Notes under the pieces: generated by a model | What the model saw: only the letters and a program-made list of their open reading frames with translations | Database searches by the model: none | What the model was told of the DNA's origin: nothing | Shown here: piece by piece, positions 54,517 through 57,820 of the stretch | Position numbering within the stretch: position 1 is the stretch's first letter | How the letters are laid out: each line of letters starts with the position of its first letter | Made by a program: the position numbers and the translations under genes | From: a virus | Taxonomy: Duplodnaviria; Caudoviricetes | Reading direction: 5' to 3' (one strand) | Virus record (IMG/VR): IMGVR_UViG_3300023500_000004 | Span: 1 to 57,820 of that record | DNA length: 57,820 nt

Positions 54517-55176
54517 ATGGGTAAGTTAGTTAGCAACATTGTAAAAGTAGGAACTCTCGGCCTAGTTCCTGATGTTTTGGGCATTAAGGAAGGCGAAAAG
54601 GCCGCCAGGCAAGCTGGAGATATCCAAGCACAAGGCGCACAGGCTGGCATAGATGAACAACGCAGGCAGTTCGATGTCACCCAAGGGAATTTAAAGCCTT
54701 TTCAACAAGCGGGTGTTAGCGCATTAGACCAGCAGCAAGCTTTGCTAGGGTTAAGCGGTCAAGATGCTCAACAAACAGCATTTTCAGGGTTGCAAGAGTC
54801 AGCGGGTCAGCAGTTTTTAAGGCGTAGACAAGAGAAAGCTTTATTGCGTAATGCTTCGGCTATTGGTGGATTAGGTGGCGGAAATGTTAGAACGGCTTTG
54901 CAAGAGCAGGCAACAGGCTTCGCACAACAGGATATACAAAACCAGTTTGGTAGATTAGGGCAAGTAGCAGGGCAAGGTCAGGCTGCAACAACTAGCTTAG
55001 GCCAGTTCGGTTCACAGACGGCTGGTAATATTGCAAACCTTGGTCAAAGAGCGTCAGAAGCAAGAGCAAGCGGAATATTGGGCGCTCAGCAGCAAGGCGC
55101 TCAGGCTACTAGTGGTATACTTGGGCTAGGTGGGGCAGTCTTAGGCGGTCTAGCTGGTGGCGGATTTTTTAATTAG
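54517..55176 (+). CDS. DNA ejection protein, P22 gp7-like
   Basis: Gln/Gly/Ala-rich; RRQFD....L.PF.QAG..AL; A.A.GGLGGGN. Confidence 0.8.
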   Translation: MGKLVSNIVKVGTLGLVPDVLGIKEGEKAARQAGDIQAQGAQAGIDEQRRQFDVTQGNLKPFQQAGVSALDQQQALLGLSGQDAQQTAFSGLQESAGQQFLRRRQEKALLRNASAIGGLGGGNVRTALQEQATGFAQQDIQNQFGRLGQVAGQGQAATTSLGQFGSQTAGNIANLGQRASEARASGILGAQQQGAQATSGILGLGGAVLGGLAGGGFFN

Positions 55177-55184
55177 GTGAAAAT

Positions 55185-56447
55185 ATGGCTTTAGTAACAG
55201 CAAATCAATTTCAATTGACCCCTGATTTATCACAGGCGGTTACGGGTTTTCAACAAGGACAACAAATTGCTAGCCAGTTCCATCAGGCTCAACAGCAAAG
55301 AGATGCAGCTAAGATTAAAACCCAATTAGGTCAATTCTCAGGGCAAGCATTAGGTGGGGATAAAGCTGCACTAAATCAAGTTGGTAAAATAGACCCAAAT
55401 CAAGCAATTCAAATTCAAAAGTTTTTAGCTAACCAGTCAGAAGCGGATAGAGCTGAAGGATTGCGAGAAAACGAGGCTCTAACACGCACATCATTTAGTG
55501 CATTGTCATTAATTGACCCTATCGAGCGCAGACAATTTTTAGAACAGAAAAGTAAAGAATTTAAAGCTAGTGGCAGAGATACCACTAACATTGATACGGC
55601 TTTACAGGGCAATGATGCGCAGCTTGAACAATCGCTAAACCTTCAAGCGCAGCAAGGTTTAACTATACAGCAGTTGGCTGAAAGGCAGTTTCCTGATTCT
55701 AAATCAACAGCAGATCAGAGAGAGTTTATAGCTTTATCTAAAAAAGCTGGCTTGTCTGATAAAGAAATAACAAAGGCCATTAAAGTTAAATTTGGACTTG
55801 AGCCTAGAGCCGGTTCATCTGCTGCTGAAAGAATAGCGTTTGATAATAATTTAGCTGAATCAGTAGCTAAAACGCAAGCTAGTATAGAGGGAAGCAAGGC
55901 ATCAGCAAAAGAAGAGGGAAAGCTTAACGTACAAGGTAGGTTATTGCCAAAAATAAGAGGCGCAATTAAACAGGCTGAAAAAGAGGCAACTGCTAGAGGC
56001 GAGAAATTAACAGCATTAAATAAAGCTAAGGCAGCATTGCCATCGCTTAAAGAAGTTTCTAGCAAGCTTAAGTCATTAGCTGATGTTGCAACCTTTACAA
56101 CGTCCGGCAAGGCTATAAACTTATTATCTAAAGAGCTTGGATTTGGCGCTACAAAAGGCGCTACAGCAAGGGCTTCAATGACTGCTATTGTAGACAACCA
56201 AGTCCTGCCACTTTTACGTGATACTTTCGGCGCTGCTTTTACTGAAAATGAGGGTAAAAGCTTAAAAGCAACCATACTAGATAAGGATGCTACGCCAGAA
56301 GAAAAGAAAGCCACACTTGATGCTTTTATAGATCAAAAAATAAGAGATATAGAGGTAGGAAAAAGAGAGTTAGGACTAAACGACCTATCAAAACTATCAG
56401 ACGCAGAGCTACAGCAGCAAATTGAAGAAGCAAAGGCGGCCCAATAA
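55185..56447 (+). CDS. DNA ejection protein, P22 gp20-like
   Basis: 420 aa helical, FGAAFTENEG motif; synteny. Confidence 0.65.
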   Translation: MALVTANQFQLTPDLSQAVTGFQQGQQIASQFHQAQQQRDAAKIKTQLGQFSGQALGGDKAALNQVGKIDPNQAIQIQKFLANQSEADRAEGLRENEALTRTSFSALSLIDPIERRQFLEQKSKEFKASGRDTTNIDTALQGNDAQLEQSLNLQAQQGLTIQQLAERQFPDSKSTADQREFIALSKKAGLSDKEITKAIKVKFGLEPRAGSSAAERIAFDNNLAESVAKTQASIEGSKASAKEEGKLNVQGRLLPKIRGAIKQAEKEATARGEKLTALNKAKAALPSLKEVSSKLKSLADVATFTTSGKAINLLSKELGFGATKGATARASMTAIVDNQVLPLLRDTFGAAFTENEGKSLKATILDKDATPEEKKATLDAFIDQKIRDIEVGKRELGLNDLSKLSDAELQQQIEEAKAAQ

Positions 56448-57820
56448 TGGCTACTTTAGAAGAGTTGCAAGCCGAATTTAATAGACGACAAACGCCAAAA
56501 TCTAGTTTAAGTGATTTAGAATCTGAACTTGCAAGGCGTCAAGGTGTTAAGCCAGTTCAAATTAGATCAACAGGCGGGCGAAGCGGGAAAGCTAAAGAAT
56601 TGACAAAACAAAGACAAACAGAAGAGGAAGCATTTTTGTCTAGTTTATCACCTGAAAGACGCGCTTTATTAGAATCAGTTTCGCCAGCAGAAGCCGCGCT
56701 AATTGGCGTAGGCAGAGGTTTGAAAACTGTAGCCCGTGGTGTTGGTTTAGCTGATAAACAGATGGTAGGCGAAGCGCAAGCGTTCAAGCAGCTAGAACAA
56801 GTTCAACCAATCTCAACCGCTGGTGATATTATCGGCCAAGCAGCCCCATTTATACCCTTGGGAGTTGGAGCGGCTGGTATTGCATCAACACCTGCTAGGG
56901 TTGCAACCACAGCATTACTAGGAGGGTCAGAGGGTGCAATTATATCAAAAGGCGAAAATCAAGATATTGGCAAACAAATACTTTCAGCGGGGATTGGTGC
57001 TACTCTGGCAGGTGCTCTTGAGTTGGGCCTCCCTGTCATTGGTCGCTTGGGCGGTAAGATCATAAGAAAGGTTTTAGGAAGATCACCAAAAGGCGCTGTC
57101 GTTGATAGTCGCGGGGTTCCGTCTCAAGAGTTTTTAGACGCTTTAGATAAAGAAGGGTTAAAGTTTAGCGATGTTTTAGATGATACCGTTGCTGAACTAA
57201 AAGGTAAGGCGCTAAAGCCTCAAGAGGCTTCAAGAAAAGCCTTTCTAGAGTCACAAGGCATTACGCCAACTAAAGCACAAGTAACAAGAGACGCTACAGA
57301 CTTCCAAGCGCAGCAAGAAGTTGCCAAAACATCAAATAAGATTAGTGACGCACTAGAAAAGCAAGAGTCTATTTTGTCCACGCGGTTTAACAATGCTGTC
57401 ATTGATACAGGTGGAGAAGCTGCTAGGCCAACGAATACAGTTATTGATTCAGTTTTAGAAAAAGCTAATACTTTAGATAAAGAAATATCAGGTTTATATG
57501 AACAAGCTAAAAAAATATCATCTAATGCTAAAAATGTTAGACCTGATAACTTGGTTAGATCCATTAGAAAACTTGCGCCACAGAATAGGAAAGGCGGATT
57601 CAATGTTGAGTCGGTGGTAGGAGATTTAAAAGATAAGGGATTAATTGACGGCAAATTAAACATAGTAGGCAAGGTTGATGTAAAAAAAGCAGAAGAGATA
57701 AGACAGTTTATTAATACTTTATTCGACAAAAAAAATGGCTTCGGTAATATTCAATTAAGAACACTAAAAGACGCTTTAGATGACGATGTTTTTAAAGCGG
57801 CTGGTAATGATGTTTTCAAG
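56447..57820 (+). CDS. Large DNA ejection protein, P22 gp16-like; 3' truncated by window
   Basis: ATG overlaps the previous TAA; MATLEELQAEFNRRQ...; hydrophobic Gly/Ala segments; frame appears open to the window end. Confidence 0.65.
   Translation, partial: MATLEELQAEFNRRQTPKSSLSDLESELARRQGVKPVQIRSTGGRSGKAKELTKQRQTEEEAFLSSLSPERRALLESVSPAEAALIGVGRGLKTVARGVGLADKQMVGEAQAFKQLEQVQPISTAGDIIGQAAPFIPLGVGAAGIASTPARVATTALLGGSEGAIISKGENQDIGKQILSAGIGATLAGALELGLPVIGRLGGKIIRKVLGRSPKGAVVDSRGVPSQEFLDALDKEGLKFSDVLDDTVAELKGKALKPQEASRKAFLESQGITPTKAQVTRDATDFQAQQEVAKTSNKISDALEKQESILSTRFNNAVIDTGGEAARPTNTVIDSVLEKANTLDKEISGLYEQAKKISSNAKNVRPDNLVRSIRKLAPQNRKGGFNVESVVGDLKDKGLIDGKLNIVGKVDVKKAEEIRQFINTLFDKKNGFGNIQLRTLKDALDDDVFKAAGNDVFK

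Larger units (their letters stand above)
43907..57820 (+). mobile_element. Segment B: P22-like (Lederbergvirus-type) packaging, head, tail and ejection module, 3' truncated
   Basis: Gene order terS-terL-portal-scaffold-coat-gp4-gp10-gp26...gp14-gp7-gp20-gp16; visibly more CpG than segment A core genes. Left boundary uncertain. Confidence 0.85.

Noticed and set aside
548-57729. Many antisense and nested ORFs in the track (e.g. 1962-2474, 2592-3311, 23723-24226, 35641-36132, 37855-38376, 55715-56314, 57220-57729)
   Set aside because: They are shadows of well-supported genes on the opposite strand, lacking RBSs and recognisable motifs.
1-57820. Stop-codon reassignment, introns or inteins
   Set aside because: Core genes (polA, nrdJ, helicase, both terminases) are intact and of normal length under the standard code.

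Overview
AT-rich, entirely phage-like window containing two different tailed-phage modules joined end to end. Segment A (1 to ~39.7 kb) is a near-complete, circularly permuted podovirus with no RNA polymerase gene; it resembles Zobellviridae (VpV262/SIO1/cobavirus-like) by gene content. Its + strand carries terminase, portal, scaffold and capsid (32.6-38.9 kb), and tail tube, internal virion proteins, holin and two tailspikes (0-11.7 kb). Its - strand carries an early/replication arm: family A DNA polymerase, primase, helicase, exonuclease, class II RNR, RNA ligase, phosphoesterases, endolysin and a five-enzyme phiEco32-like peptide-ligase cluster. Segment B (~43.9 kb to the end) is a second, P22-like morphogenesis module: terS, terL, portal, scaffold, coat, gp4/gp10/gp26-like tail parts and ejection proteins. 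The two are linked by a tightly coupled accessory gene block (39.7-43.9 kb), so this is either a natural recombinant or an assembly chimera. The most notable unexplained signals are a twice-occurring promoter-like motif TGTGCGGT-N12-ATGTTATAATA (one copy before the late genes, one antisense to the ligase cluster) plus a stand-alone sigma-region-4 protein; two hairpin-dense leaders in the 1.5-kb divergent intergenic region; apparent ATT/ATC starts for polymerase and helicase; and exact duplications of gene 5' ends flanking inserted genes. All family assignments come from motif recognition and gene order, not from database searches.
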